A stretch of DNA of 64,000 nucleotides, taken from contig KZ538147.1 in assembly GCA_000934665.2 (NCBI GenBank), forward strand, positions 1 through 64,000. Direction: 5' to 3'. Both the position numbers and the translations under genes were made by a program. Of this stretch, positions 12,131 through 24,900 are shown piece by piece (within the stretch, counting starts at the first letter, position 1; every line of letters begins with the position of its first letter). Under the pieces are notes generated by a model. That model made no database searches. It was not told the origin of the DNA and worked only from the letters and a program-made list of their open reading frames with translations. The DNA comes from Catajapyx aquilonaris (taxonomy: Eukaryota).

Positions 12131-15100
12131 GTTCTGCTTAGTAAAATCAGATCTACGACACTTCGTTTGTTCACCAACATCGCGTGTGAGGCAATGAGGG
12201 AAAAAGATTATTCTCTGTTCAGCAGTCATGAGGGACCATTCTAAGGCAATGGAAATGCAACAGTGTCGTGCATAAAGGCCCACACACGCTCGTTTTGGAG
12301 AGTACGATGATTTATTGTACTTAATAATAAGGCGCTTTATAATACGGCATTCGGCGACGTTTAATGCATTATCGCACTGCACAAAATTTCCTTTTACAAA
12401 AGAATGGTGTGCATACATCACAACTACAGTGACATAGGACATGACGTATAAAGAGCTACCTTGTATACGCTCCTGAGTTAAAATAGTGTATGTGAAATTT
12501 GATGTCATACCTGTGTAAATGTAACAAAACTCCTATACCTGATCACGTCTGTTTGGTTCTGATATTTGCAAAGTATTATTTAAAAGTACGGTCGATGCTC
12601 CTTTGTATAGTTTACGCAGCGTAATGTATGCGACTTAACTTTGTAAAAATAAACCCACACCTATATGCCCGGCTATAAAATTTCATGACATCATGGGCTA
12701 TAAATGCAATTCAAGACTGCCAGCAAAGTGTATTGTACTGTACAGTACAGTAGTGCGATATACAGAGGAAGTCTGCACCTTTATCGGAAAGAAATATGTA
12801 TATTACATACAAAGCTATGATGGCACAAATAAAATTTGATAACATGTGACGCAATTTCAATTTATGCGTATTCTACTACTTCAGAGCCATAAAGTGTAAA
12901 ATATCAAAAGCAGACAGTCGATTCTCTATAATAATCGCGAAATTCCGCCGGATACAGGCTACTGTCACTCATCCATAATATTTAGTTTTAAAGGTTGCAT
13001 TTCGCATTCATTGCAAACGTCGCAGTGCAGATTGAACCGCGAAACAACGAAAGTCGAGCAGGCCTGGAATAAACCCACATCCGCTACAATCAACCACTAT
13101 ATATATATATTTGCTTCAAGGACGACAGTTTCCTGCATCTCTCTCAAATCACAGGCAATCTCTAGGTTGCATAGAGAGAAACATTCCTCGATTATGAGTG
13201 CGACTGATGTGATTCGTGTGGTTTTCTGGAAGTACTGGGTATATATAAACCCATAAAGTATTTATGTGGAACAAAATATCAAACAGCGTTAATCTAAAAA
13301 AATATTTTCTCGAAAGAAATATATGAGGCCTTTTTCTCTCCATGCGATTGTCGATAGAGTAAATTAATCCCAACGATGTGTGCATACTATTTGCTCAAAC
13401 CCTGAACGTTTTTCTTGATTATCCCGAGCGTGATCCCGAGTGCCGAGTTGGGCTTGAGTATAATTATGTGACATTGGGCTTGAGTATGTGACATTGCATG
13501 TCGCATATTATTACGCATCATGATTGTTTTGTCGATTATTTTGCGTCTCCTTTTCCATCCATGTGGCTACCCTTTCGCCGTGTTGTTGTTTTTGTTTCCC
13601 TCTTGAGTTTAACACGCAACCAATAACAGACATGTCACATCGCAGCACACATAGAGGAAATCGTCATTGGCCACTTTCCTTTATTTCTCTAAATTACTAG
13701 ATACGCTGCTACAATCCCAAATACGACAGCACTCTGCCATTTAATAGCATTTTGTGACGCAGTACATGAAAAGATACCCATATTTCATATCATTTGTTAT
13801 TTCTTAATACTTAATGCGGACAGGTCAGAAAATAAATACATCTCCTTAGGCACAACATTTATAAAAATGATAAAACCCACGTCTCTTCTGAAGAGGCCAA
13901 TAACCGTGCACATTCCCCCCTAGTTAGTCCATCACCCTGAACTAGATATCTGGCGCATCTGATCGACATCGCGTGTGCGGTGTGCCTGGGCCAGAGAAGA
14001 GGCGCCTCTTCGGCCTCAACCCAACAGGTGCACACGTCAATGCCCCTCACTCAAAAAAAGTCCGCGAACCGTAAACTCAGATACGATTGCACCCTGTTGG
14101 CACCACATCTACTCGGGGGGAAGCAGATTGGCAACCTTGAGAGTGGGCGGGGCTTCCAATCAGGAGAGAAGCCATTTTAGGCAAACAAGGAATCAGCTGA
14201 GGGAAGGACAACAAACAAAGAGTCGAAAAGAAAAAGGAACGTGAAGTGTGCGGGGGAGGAGGACAGGCCAGGCGATGCCCGGAGTCGACTGAGGGGACAG
14301 CCGTCTGGAAGCAGGGGATACACTAAATTTACAGAGTGGAAGCTGCTGCACTAAGCACGTTCTGAAAATTCGACGAAGATGGACCAACAAGAAGGCGGAA
14401 GTCAGGATTCTAACGGTATGTGTTCCATTTCCTATAATTTCGCTAATGCATTGCATTCCTAGTGACGTCATCGCAAACTTTGTGAAAATTATAGTTCTTG
14501 AAATGTTGTGGTGTCATTGCAGGTGGGAGCAGCTCTGGTGGGTCGTTGGATGCTGCCATGGTTGTGATGGGGACATCACCGCCACGGGTCATGAGTCTGT
14601 CGCAGCTGCTGCGGGTTGCCAATGGGATGACTAACATGGCATTGGCGCATGAGATCTCCCTCAACGCCAACTTCAAGGTGCCTGAACCAACCGTGATGGT
14701 GGGTCACAAGCCACCGTCGCCGCCCTCGGGTGCTCAGGAGCTGGAGGCAGCCTTAACGAGTGAGCCTCCAAATTGGACCATAGCACTGTCGACACTCAAC
14801 TTCATACGGGAGCAGCTGTTGTCTTTGCTGTTGCGTCACAGTCAGCGATTCCGGGCCATTATCCAGGAGGAGCTTGAAGAGGAGCGCCTCAAGACTCAGG
14901 CTGAAGCAGATGCCCTTGATCTGAATGAATTGGCCCAGTTCATTGTGGGGGTGATGCTGCAGATGTGCGCTCCAGTCAGGGATGCCCAAATTAAGGAAGT
15001 CAGCCAGCAAACAAGTATATTTGCTCTGTATGCCGGAATACTGGAAGTACTTGCCTTGATGCATGTAGATATGGCCAACTATGCCATTAAGACAGCCCGT

Positions 15101-17817
15101 CCACATTTAAGTGCTGAGTACGAACGGGCAAAGTTCACTGAGTGGGTTACCGTGCAGGGCGGGCCAGGAGTGGCTCTTAAGCGAACCCGAGCGTGGTTAG
15201 AGAAGCACTCCAAAGCAGGCATGGACACTGAGACAGCACTGAACAATGCATTTGCTTCACTTTTGACGTGGAACTGGGATGATCGAGACAGCCTTCCAGA
15301 GACTGTACGCTTGGATGAGAAGCGACTTCGAATAATGTCAGCGCAGGTGATCCGATTGACCCTTGTTGGTGCAGCCATGCTGGTGACCCAAGCAAATGTT
15401 GGCAGTGCAGTTCAGAGTTTTAAAGCGAAGTTGAGGGACCATCTTCTGGCGCTAGTCCAACCAACCTCAGATCCAAAAGAAGTGATGCCCTCAGTGGCCG
15501 AGCAGGTGGTACACGAGGTGAAGCAGTCAGTGGAAGACATGTCCCCAGAGGAGAAACCTCCAGCTGAGTGGGAAGAAATGCTGAAGGCCCAGCTCACAGC
15601 TCTGGCTAACCCTGACCAGCCAGTTCGGAAGGTCGTGTCAAATAGGATGCACGAATTTGCGAAGAATCTGGCAGCTACTTCAGGAGTCCCTCAAGAAGCA
15701 AGGCCCAGATCTCCCAGTCCTGGCCGTGATACCGCACCAGAGAAACACATCACAGATATTCCATTCCCTGTGGGGATGTCCATCCTAAACAACCAGCTGG
15801 CAGAAATGGCTTCCGCCTACCTCCACCTCATCAGACACAACCGATCAGTCTTCATACCATTTTACAACTCCATCTTAGAGGACATTTTGCACCAGGAACC
15901 CTCTTCTGCCTCCCAAATATAATTGATTAACATAACCTCCCCCTGCCTCCCCCCACCCCACGTCCAAAAAAAAATAGAAGTATATATTATTCTGTACAAA
16001 CAATTTAAAATTATGACCTACTGACATGTTTCTCCTTCCAATACTAAACTTTACAAAATAATATACATTATACAGTATAATAATTGTTATGGGTATATCA
16101 AGGTATATGTAACACTATATAAATAAACCAGCTTAAACCATTCATGTTGCTATTGTCCATTTGGCTATTTTCATGAATTGTAAGTTACATAGTGAGGCAT
16201 TCCCGCTGCATGCGACTGCCATACGAGTCAGCTGTGTGGATTAATGTCATCCCAGCAAAAAAGTCAGTTGCAGCAAAACATTTCTGAAGATCCAGTCCAC
16301 TTATCTCCCCAGCCCCACCCAATTTATCCCTCCCCAATTCCTAATAACAATAATAGGAGGAGGAGGAGGAGGGGGGGGGGNGGGGGGGGGGGGGTAATCC
16401 CCTTGATGACGCCATGGCTCAAACACATCCCATCTTTTTCTCTCTTTTTCTTCATGTGTATGATTGGAGCTGAAATGCTGGCAACAGTCCATCCTCAAGG
16501 ACGTAATGCCACCCCCGATCCCATTTCAACCCCAGCTTCAGCACTTTGGCAGGCCTCAGGGCAGCTGGGCCAAACCGATGACGTCACACGCACCTGTTCA
16601 TCCTGATTTCCCAACAGGTGAACACTCATTAGCACTTCTGTAACAACCAGTTCGCTCTGACGCCTCTCATTAGCGGTCAACCGGCATTCACGTTGTGGCT
16701 AATTAACACTCAGAAAAATTATCTCAAATTTTGTTGCAATATTCAAAACGCCTATTCGGATATATTGTTAATATTTGCGAAATGCCCGCGAAATGCAATA
16801 TGAGAAAATCAGGTCGTTTTTCTTCTGCTGCAATGTCGATGCCACATAACTTCTGTCCAAGGTTACTCTTGCTGGGTAGAGTGCAATATATGTAAGCAAA
16901 CGTACCGGTACATTAATTGTTACGTGACTAATAGGGCGGGAATAAAATGTCGCAGAAATCAGCCCGGACTAAATGTTGACAGGTTGTGCAAGGTCATATT
17001 TTTGCGGCCGATACGATGCGGATCTCGGAGCACTAGACATGATTCTCTGTGTGATCGTATAAGTCACGATTGTGAAACTCGACTCGGGACATGCAAAAGA
17101 GCAAGAGGTCATACACTGGTCCTTGACATCGCAACAAATGCAAAGGGACGACTCTGCATAAATTCTATTACAAGTCAACATATTCATAGGCACATTCGTC
17201 ATACACACACCTATTGTCCGCTTCAATGCTTGGGATGGGAATGAACTACTGAAGTTTTTGTCTCCACTAGTACCTAGATCCACCAGAATGTTCCACCCAC
17301 GTCCTTTTTTTCCCCATCACTTGACCGCAACATTCCAACTAATTTTTTGCATAAATTCTACATAATGTGCGTAAATTCGCTGGCACAATGATTACAACAA
17401 GGAAAAAAAAGTGTATGTGGAAATCCCTTCTTTTATCGCCACCAGTTTGCATAAAGCACAATGTTAAGTCAACACAGTTATCTCCTCGCTCCATTTCTCA
17501 GAATCGTAATAACAACCAGGAAAAAAAGACCGAACAAGTTGTCTGAGGTAAGGAATGCAGACCAGTTTGCAAGTTCATCGAACTGATAAAGAGCAGGGTT
17601 CACACGGATGTAGTTGTCTTTGAGCGGCCCAACGACATCGACCAACGACAGCCGTGTGAACCCGCTTTTTTTTTTTAAAAAAAAAGAGGGGGGATAAACT
17701 CACCAAAGTGTGTTGGTATCCCAGTGCGTTTGGTCCTCCATTTGTCGTGTCTCCTGGTCCTGTTGGTCCCCCCCTGCCGACGACGGGCACGGACAACGTC
17801 GTTTTCCTGGACGTCAT
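3100..17817 (-). CDS. ClC-a: ClC-2-type voltage-gated chloride channel (ClC-a/CLCN2), multi-exon
   Basis: Motifs [20 protein letters not shown] (Val at the proton-glutamate site, channel type), PSIYD and CBS domains. Exons: alternative first 17817-17704 or 8453-7983; then 7877-7022, 6672-6588, 6252-6151, 5951-5717, 5614-5446, 5093-4129, 3840-3613, 3522-3100; all GT-AG and phase-compatible. The exact C-terminus is uncertain. Confidence 0.95.
7983..8453 (-). CDS. ClC-a: Alternative (proximal) first coding exon of ClC-a
   Basis: GC-rich [17 protein letters not shown]...QNLDYVYTM ending at a phase-0 GT donor (7982) that joins MYGRY at 7877; YVYTM parallels the YEQTL/YQHTL motif preceding MYGRY in ClC-2. 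Confidence 0.6.
12075..12128. repeat. (AT)n microsatellite
   Basis: Pure AT dinucleotide run of about 54 nt. Confidence 0.95.
14379..15922 (+). CDS. T-complex protein 11-like (TCP11/SOK1 family), nested antisense in the ClC-a intron
   Basis: Exon 1 14379-14415 ([18 protein letters not shown] donor), exon 2 14523-15922. TCP11-family motifs [30 protein letters not shown] and HNRSVF. Confidence 0.88.
17704..17817 (-). CDS. ClC-a: Distal first coding exon of ClC-a
   Basis: [38 protein letters not shown] followed by a perfect GTGAGT donor, phase 0; joining to [10 protein letters not shown] recreates the ClC-2 N-terminal motif (YEQTLMYGRYT in vertebrates). Confidence 0.8.
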
Positions 17818-19019
17818 GCCTGTGCCTTTTTCCTCCTTTTGCAGCAGCAGCAGCCAGCCAGCCTCACTCCGCCCCAGGGATGGAAAAGGCGGGACACACA
17901 CACACGCACGTGTCTGATTGACCCACTTGGCTTACACTCCCGGGTTCAACCCCAGTCTAGTGCAGTACCCAGCCCGGATCGGGTCTGCCGGTACCACCAC
18001 CATCCCCGGTCGCGGAAATTACTCTGAGCATGTATGTCTCTTCGTAATGACTATTCCCTCATCCGCCTGCAACTGAATGAGATTCGCGCAATTTACGACA
18101 GAGGGCGGGGCGATGCAGGACTGCGTTCGTATCGCTGCACTGACACGTTCGTATCGCTGCCTTGCACCCGCTTTATTCAAATTTTAAGCAATGTTCGAAA
18201 AATGATGGCAAAAAATATACAAAGTTCACCAGCCATAGTGGCGCAGAAGGTAGCGCAAATTTCTAGGGATCTTGTGGAGTTACGTGTTGACAGTTGGCAG
18301 TCTGTCCAAAGCAGATGCAGCGTGAACTGCGTGTTAAAGTATTGTGTGGCGGATACAATGGGCAGAGCCAAGTGTTTGCACAATATGGCACGTGATTCAA
18401 CGCTGGTTCCTTTGTTGTGGGGATTAAGTCGACAAATTCTGGTGTGGTATACAAAATGTCAGATTGCGATGCATACTACAGGTGCATGCTGCTGTCATGT
18501 AGCTGACTTGCATCTGCCTTGACATGGGCTGCTATGCGTATTAGATAACTCACTTTAGAATTTTTTTGCATTTACGATGTTTTCCTCAGATGTGCCACAT
18601 TTCTTTGCTTTTTCCTATATTTATCAGATTTATAGTGTCCATGATTGAGGACTGCTTGGAAACATCAAACTTTATACCCTCTTTATACCATTTCCAATAA
18701 TTACCACACACATGGCTGTACAGTATTATCTCTGCAGGTAAACAGTGTAACTCTCACACCTCTCACATGACAAAATGAAGTTATATCATAAAACCAGATA
18801 CACATACTATCCACTACATCTCATGGGACAGTACTCGACATGAAACACTTGCGTAGAGCATCCTTAATATTGAAACTTAATCCAGCACCTTGTTAACCCG
18901 AAATAAGCAAACGCAATGTAAACATAACACTAGCCTGTCAGCCATAACAATAGTCAATGATGCTCCAGTGTCCTGGGACTCGGCCAAAGTTCCAGTGGTG
19001 CTCCAAGGTATACCTGGTT

Positions 19020-19307
19020 AGGGCGGCATAGTGGTCTAGCGGTTACGCCGCTGGCCAGCCAAGCGGGAGGCCGGGGTTCAAATCCCTTCCCCGTCACCTC
19101 TGCTTGGACGGGTCTTTTTCCGCTTTTCACCTGACATGCCGGGGCAGAATTGCACTTCCTACTCTGCCCAGGGCCAGGAGAAAAGACCTGTTGTATTTCA
19201 CAAGTCAGAAATTACTAAAAATTACAGCGCCCTCCCTAGGGAACCACCCCCTTCCCCCCTAAGAGAGCCACTGGCTCTATCACGGGGTAAAAAAAAAAGA
19301 AGAAAAA
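19020..19307 (+). mobile_element. tRNA-derived SINE
   Basis: Pol III A-box-like TAGTGGTCTAGCGG and B-box GGTTCAAATCC, A-rich tail, and a 15-bp target-site duplication AAGGTATACCTGGTT at 19005-19019 and 19308-19322. Confidence 0.88.
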
Positions 19308-19413
19308 AAGGTATACCTGGTTGGCACTCCAAAGTATTCTGCTGTGTCAATGATCTGAGACATCCCACTAGCGTGTCCCATTGTTATTCTAACTACAGCC
19401 AGTCACTGACTTA

Positions 19414-20320
19414 CGAGGGCTGGTCAAAAAAATACCACACTTTTTAAATAGCGCCTCAACTGGCACAAACAGCGTATTGTGGCTACTGACAGCACCTAGC
19501 AAAATGTCTTGACAACAAACTGCCACTTGCCACCTTCCGCTATGACCATTGCTCATCCAGATACATCCACTTAAGTGAGCACTTGCACAAACTGTTCATT
19601 GGATTAGCGACAAGTGAAAATGAGAGAGCTTGAAAAACAATGTGTTTGTGTAAAAGTTCGCTGCAAAATTGGTAAAAATTTTACAGACATTTCAATTGCT
19701 TTATCAAGCATACTTGGGAAGGGTCTTCATGACCAAAAGAGGCACAGATGAGTCAGTCAAAAGTCAAAGTGATGTTGGTTGTGTTTTTGGACTGGAAAGG
19801 CATTTTCCATTATGAATTTGGACCATGTTGTCAGATTGGTAGACAAACAGTTGTAATACCGGAATGTTTTAGTGCGTTTGAGGCATGCTGTGACCAGGAA
19901 AGGCCTAAATTGTGGGAAAGCCAGACTTGGATGTTGTGCCATGGCAAATTAGCTGGCTCACACATCACTCCTGGCCATCAGTTATCTGGCAAAACATCAC
20001 ACATCCTTTGTGCCAATCTACCCTATTCTCTGGACTTGGCCCCTGCAAACTTTTTCCTATTTTCGACACTTAAAACCAATTTGAAATTACGTCTTTTCCG
20101 AACCATAGCATAGAGGCGATTCAGGACAATGCAATAAGAGCACTGCATGCAATCACAGAAAGTGCATTCCAGGAAGCATTCCAACAATGGAAAAAAAAAC
20201 CTGAAACCATCTATCGCCAGTAAAAGGAACTAGTTTGAAGGGGACAGTGCTTAAAATTTTGCGAATTGAGCAATCGAGTCTGTATCAAAAAAAGTTTGGT
20301 ATTTTTTTGAACACCCCTCA
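19414..20320 (+). mobile_element. Degenerate, internally deleted mariner (Tc1/mariner) element
   Basis: Imperfect TIRs CGAGGGCTGGTCAAAAAAATACC / GGTATTTTTTTGAACACCCCTCA with flanking TA; transposase remnant 19748-20113 with KVMLVVFLDWKGIFHYEF and PYSLDLAPANFFLF (decayed YSPDLAPxD). Confidence 0.9.
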
Positions 20321-21924
20321 TACGTCAGTGGATCATCTTACAACATTACAAGCAAGTTGGATGTTACATATTCTAGGAACCTGATTTTATTTATTACGCA
20401 GTATGCTGGCATGTACATTAAACACTGATACTCGAGTTGCTGCATATTCAACTGAGTTTGTCCTAAGCAGGAATGGTTTCCCTGTGAAGCCCAACGTATA
20501 CCAACTTGTGAGGAATGAGTTTAGGTGAATAGGCCTGAGTTGCCATATTATCCTGAAACTCTACATGTTATCTTGCAATTGCCCTAATTTTAAGTTACCA
20601 GTTTGTGACAGATTTTCTACACTTGACATTTTTAAATTATATGAGTCCATTGGAGCTACACATGCTGTGGACTGACTGTAGGCCTGAGGTTCTCAACCTT
20701 TGCCACTTGTCAGCTATGTTCTGACTGCACAAATTGTGCAGAACTGCACGCTACAGTAAGCCCTGAGAAGAAGTGCTTACCTAATCAGTGCCACTTTTGT
20801 GCATGTTTTGAGTCACATAATTTTTTGATTCATTTTTGGCTTTTACTCAAGATTATAAGAATCATTACACCTCTGGAATGAGTAAGAATAAAATCGTATA
20901 CGCAGATGACAATACAGTACACTGAAGGAAATATGCAACTCGAATGAATCCATGTTGATGGTTTAGTGTCAGTCACAGTCATACTATAATGTGGCCATCA
21001 ATCCAGTCGTTTTGCATCCAACTTGCACCCAACTGTAACTCCAGGTACCAGTTTAGGAGACATTGAAAAACTCAAAAGTGTCACTATTTATCAGTTATTA
21101 TTATTTCACCAGAGGCCGATTACAAGTCAGTCATCCTATTGATACGAATATCCGAAACAGAGTTTTTAAACAGTATTATCGATATTACTCTTATCATTAC
21201 ATTTCTTTATGTAATTCATAATGTATTTATCTTTTATATTATTTTTTTCAGTTGTTTTAAGTTTAACTGTTCAACAGTGCAGCGGTGGCGGCAGCAGCAG
21301 CGAGTTGCAGATACAATGGAGTGGCAAATGGAAGGAGGACAGTGTAGGTTGATGGGAAAAACATGACTTGAACATCCAAGACACATCTCTCAGACACACA
21401 CACACACTCATGTGCTCTATTTGGTGAACTATACAGTGGGGAGATTAAAACATATGTGGTGGTAAGGCAGCGCCCCCTCACGGACACTTTGGTGGAGAAT
21501 AGAAGGCGTATCTCCATTGGGCTCTGCCTTACTACCATTAACTCTTTTCCATCTCATTTTCCGCACACCTCCCCACATCCCCTACCCCTTCGTCATTGTA
21601 TGCACTCACATGCAGCCATTCTAGCGCCAACATTTACATATATACTTTACATATTATGATCAACTGAATGGCTTCTCACACATGCTGCCTTTACCTCCAC
21701 TCTCTCCCATCACATGCACACATATTCACACTCACATATACACAGGTTTGCTATCTGGTCCCAGCGCAACTCTCTCTCCAGGTCTTTTCCTTTCCTCCTC
21801 ATTCCCTCTTTATCCTTCCTTTTTGCAATTCCAACAAAGCAAATAAGAAAAACATGTGGGACACTCAGGATAAGGAAGTGGGAAGGGATGGAGTGGTAGG
21901 CAAGTAGGATAGGGTGGCCGCCTC

Positions 21925-24900
21925 TTAAGGTGATGGTGATGGTGTCGTCGCTGTTGATGAATCGTCAGAGCTTCCCGCAGTCACCCATACTAAAAGTCAA
22001 CAAATAAAAAAACATAATAAAATATTCTCGAACTTAGGCACTACAACTTAAAAGTAACTTATAACACTACAGAAATTTGAAAAAAATCTGGAAAACAGAG
22101 GAGTAAGGATTGCATAAGGATGAAGTGATATACAAAACTGCTGAAAATTGTTACAAAATAGTAAAGTAATTCCAGTTACTGGCTGTAGTAACTATGGAAA
22201 AAGTAACGCTGGAAAAAACATTGCTTTTGATACACACTGGATGTGCATATGAGAATGTGGCCCAAGCCCCAAACACATGTGCGCTTCATGTCCTTCAAAT
22301 TTACTCTGCCTCTACACACACAAAACTAGTTCTAAACCACGTGTGCATGTGGTGCCAACTAGGCTACTCTCTGCATATTATATACATTCAACTTTTCCCT
22401 GCCCAAAACTGAACCAGGACCCCAACAATAACGACATGTTAATTCGCTTAAAAAATTGGACTGGAAATAATGAAGTGACTATGCACACAACACTATGCTT
22501 GAACAAGTAACGTTAGAATTCTGGGCAATAAGATTTAAACTGGTTTTATCTTGAAAACTGGGATGCAAAACAGAACTACGTCACTATTTGACAAACACGA
22601 TGACCATAAAACGTGAATTGCTAGATCTTGAATCAGCATTGTAGCAAGCAGCTTCCTCCTAATTTTAAAAATGCGACTAGGTTTAGGGTGAGTGGTTATG
22701 AAGTATTGTCATTTGTGAGGTTCTGCAAAAAGCAGTGCAGTGGCAAAGTTTAACCTCTATTCAGCGCGCTCGCTCACACTCACAAGCACTTAGTGTCCAC
22801 ACATGCCTAATGCTCTTTCCCTATCACGTCAAAACTAAATTGGTGTGGATACTACCTCATGTGGGGCTTGGGCCATGCTCTTAGAAATGAATCGATGACG
22901 GGGAGGGCAGGTGGAAAAAAAGGAGTAGGAGTGCTTGCTGGGGTCAGCAGAATTGTCGTTGATTTCACGTTAACATGCACACATGTACACACACCCAACT
23001 TTGCACATGTGATGCACCCTCAAAAAGTTGAGAAAAGAAATGTAGGAGAAATTATAAGAATGACACAGGCAGTTAGACGAGGGCAGCTGATTGAAGCCCA
23101 ACCACATGTATAAGTGAGGACCAGGCTATTAAGGTAGGGGGGACACAAACACACATTCATACACACACACAGCTCAGGTCAAGCCAGGTATTAAAAGGCC
23201 TTGGTCACTGCAGAGGTCACTGGACCAAACCCCAACAGTGTAAGAAAGCCTTCCCGTTCTTCCATCTTCTCTGTTCCTTCCTCCACCAAATCTTCTGCGG
23301 TCTTCTGTTTGTTACATGCACACCAGAAGGCTTAGAGGTGGTGGTGGGGACCGAGGGGGTAGTCATAGTGTGATATGCATGTGAATGTGTGCACAGGTAT
23401 GGTGTTACATGAGGGAGGGAGTTAAGCGATGGCGGAGTTAGGCATGAGGCCACACGGGAGGAGAAGGCCACCGTCGGGCTCAATATTCGGGGCTTCTCCT
23501 TCCTTAGCCTCTGCCATGACACCTTCATCGGGTTTATTGGAAGATGAGGACTCCAAGGACAGGAAATGAGGAGAGTAGGGCAGAACCTATACCATTCGTC
23601 GTGTGTGGGTGTGTGGTTGGATCAGGTTGGAGGTGGGGGTGTGAAAGGGGAGACGCTTTAGCTCGCCACCCACGCTGTGAGAAAAGGTCTTCGTTAGTAA
23701 TTCCCTCTTTAAGGAAGAAAACATCCTCTTTCTCCTCATAAATCTACAGAGCAGACACCAAGAAATTTGAGGCTCACATTACTGCACAACTCTTCAAAAC
23801 TACTCATGCTCAAGAAGGTTCATGAAAATGTACCATACCTGCAGACCACTCCCAACTCTTTTCAAGCCCTCTGTACTCCACACCAATCCATGCCAGGAAA
23901 TCCCATACAGGTTAATTTACCAATTTTTACATTCAACTTATGAGTGACTTATGACATAATCCCTTGCCAAGTAGTCAGATCACTTTAAAACACTTGGATG
24001 AAAGTTCTGATACAACTCCAAGTAATTCAATTTCTCAAATATTCACTAAAATTGTGTTTTTTGTCCTTCAATCTGGATCAAACTCACCATAGTGCAAGAT
24101 GCACTAACAACTTCATTGATGAAAAATGAACCAATTGTGCAATGCCAAGATATGTTAACACTAGGTACCGTGTAATTCATGCTGGTGATTTAAATAGATG
24201 CAATGAAATTTGACATTCCTCTAACCATACAGCCTCTGACAGTGTAATTGTTAATACCAGGCATAAAGGAGAAAGGCCAACTAAGCATGCAAAAGCACGA
24301 CCAATAAATAACTGACAAACGAAGCCATGGAGCAATTGAGTTAGTAAGGCTGACCTGCACAGAAGGAGAGCGAGCCAGGGAGCGCAGGGGAAGGGGGGGC
24401 ACAGGGCACACACAAGGCCTTTACATGTAGGTCACTGAGAATTAGAGAGAAACAGAAAGGAAAATAATGACAGAGGTAGGCAGGTAGACTCAGTGAGGCA
24501 GAGACATGACTCATTTTAGTAGTAATGTTAGTTCAAAATCACCAAAAATTTGCATTACAAAATCATCCCTGTAAGACGGCAACTTACTCCTGACATTTGG
24601 CCCTATATACCGTACCTAGAGGTACCGGAATCTCTCTCTTGCATCTTGTAAGTTATTAACATAATTACCTTTATTACCCTGCAGCCATGCATAGCATCTT
24701 CTCCTATTGCCAACTGCAGTAACTCCCCTGATTCAATAGCAATTTTCAATGGTGTTCAAATTACACTCCAGGGATACTTAACTGTGCAACAACAAAATTG
24801 GAAAGCATCATGTTGCACTTTCAGCTATATTAAAGGTTAATTCATTGATTCTGAGAGATTGTCAGCCAGTTCCATTCTGGAACTGAGTGGGTGTTGTTTA

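Noticed and set aside
16361..16395. Poly-G tracts containing a single N (also near 63345-63360)
   Set aside because: Typical low-quality homopolymer or gap-closure artefacts; length is unreliable, so no G-quadruplex claim is made.
19021..19096. tRNA-like sequence
   Set aside because: It continues into a non-tRNA body with an A-tail and TSD, so it is a SINE head rather than a tRNA gene.
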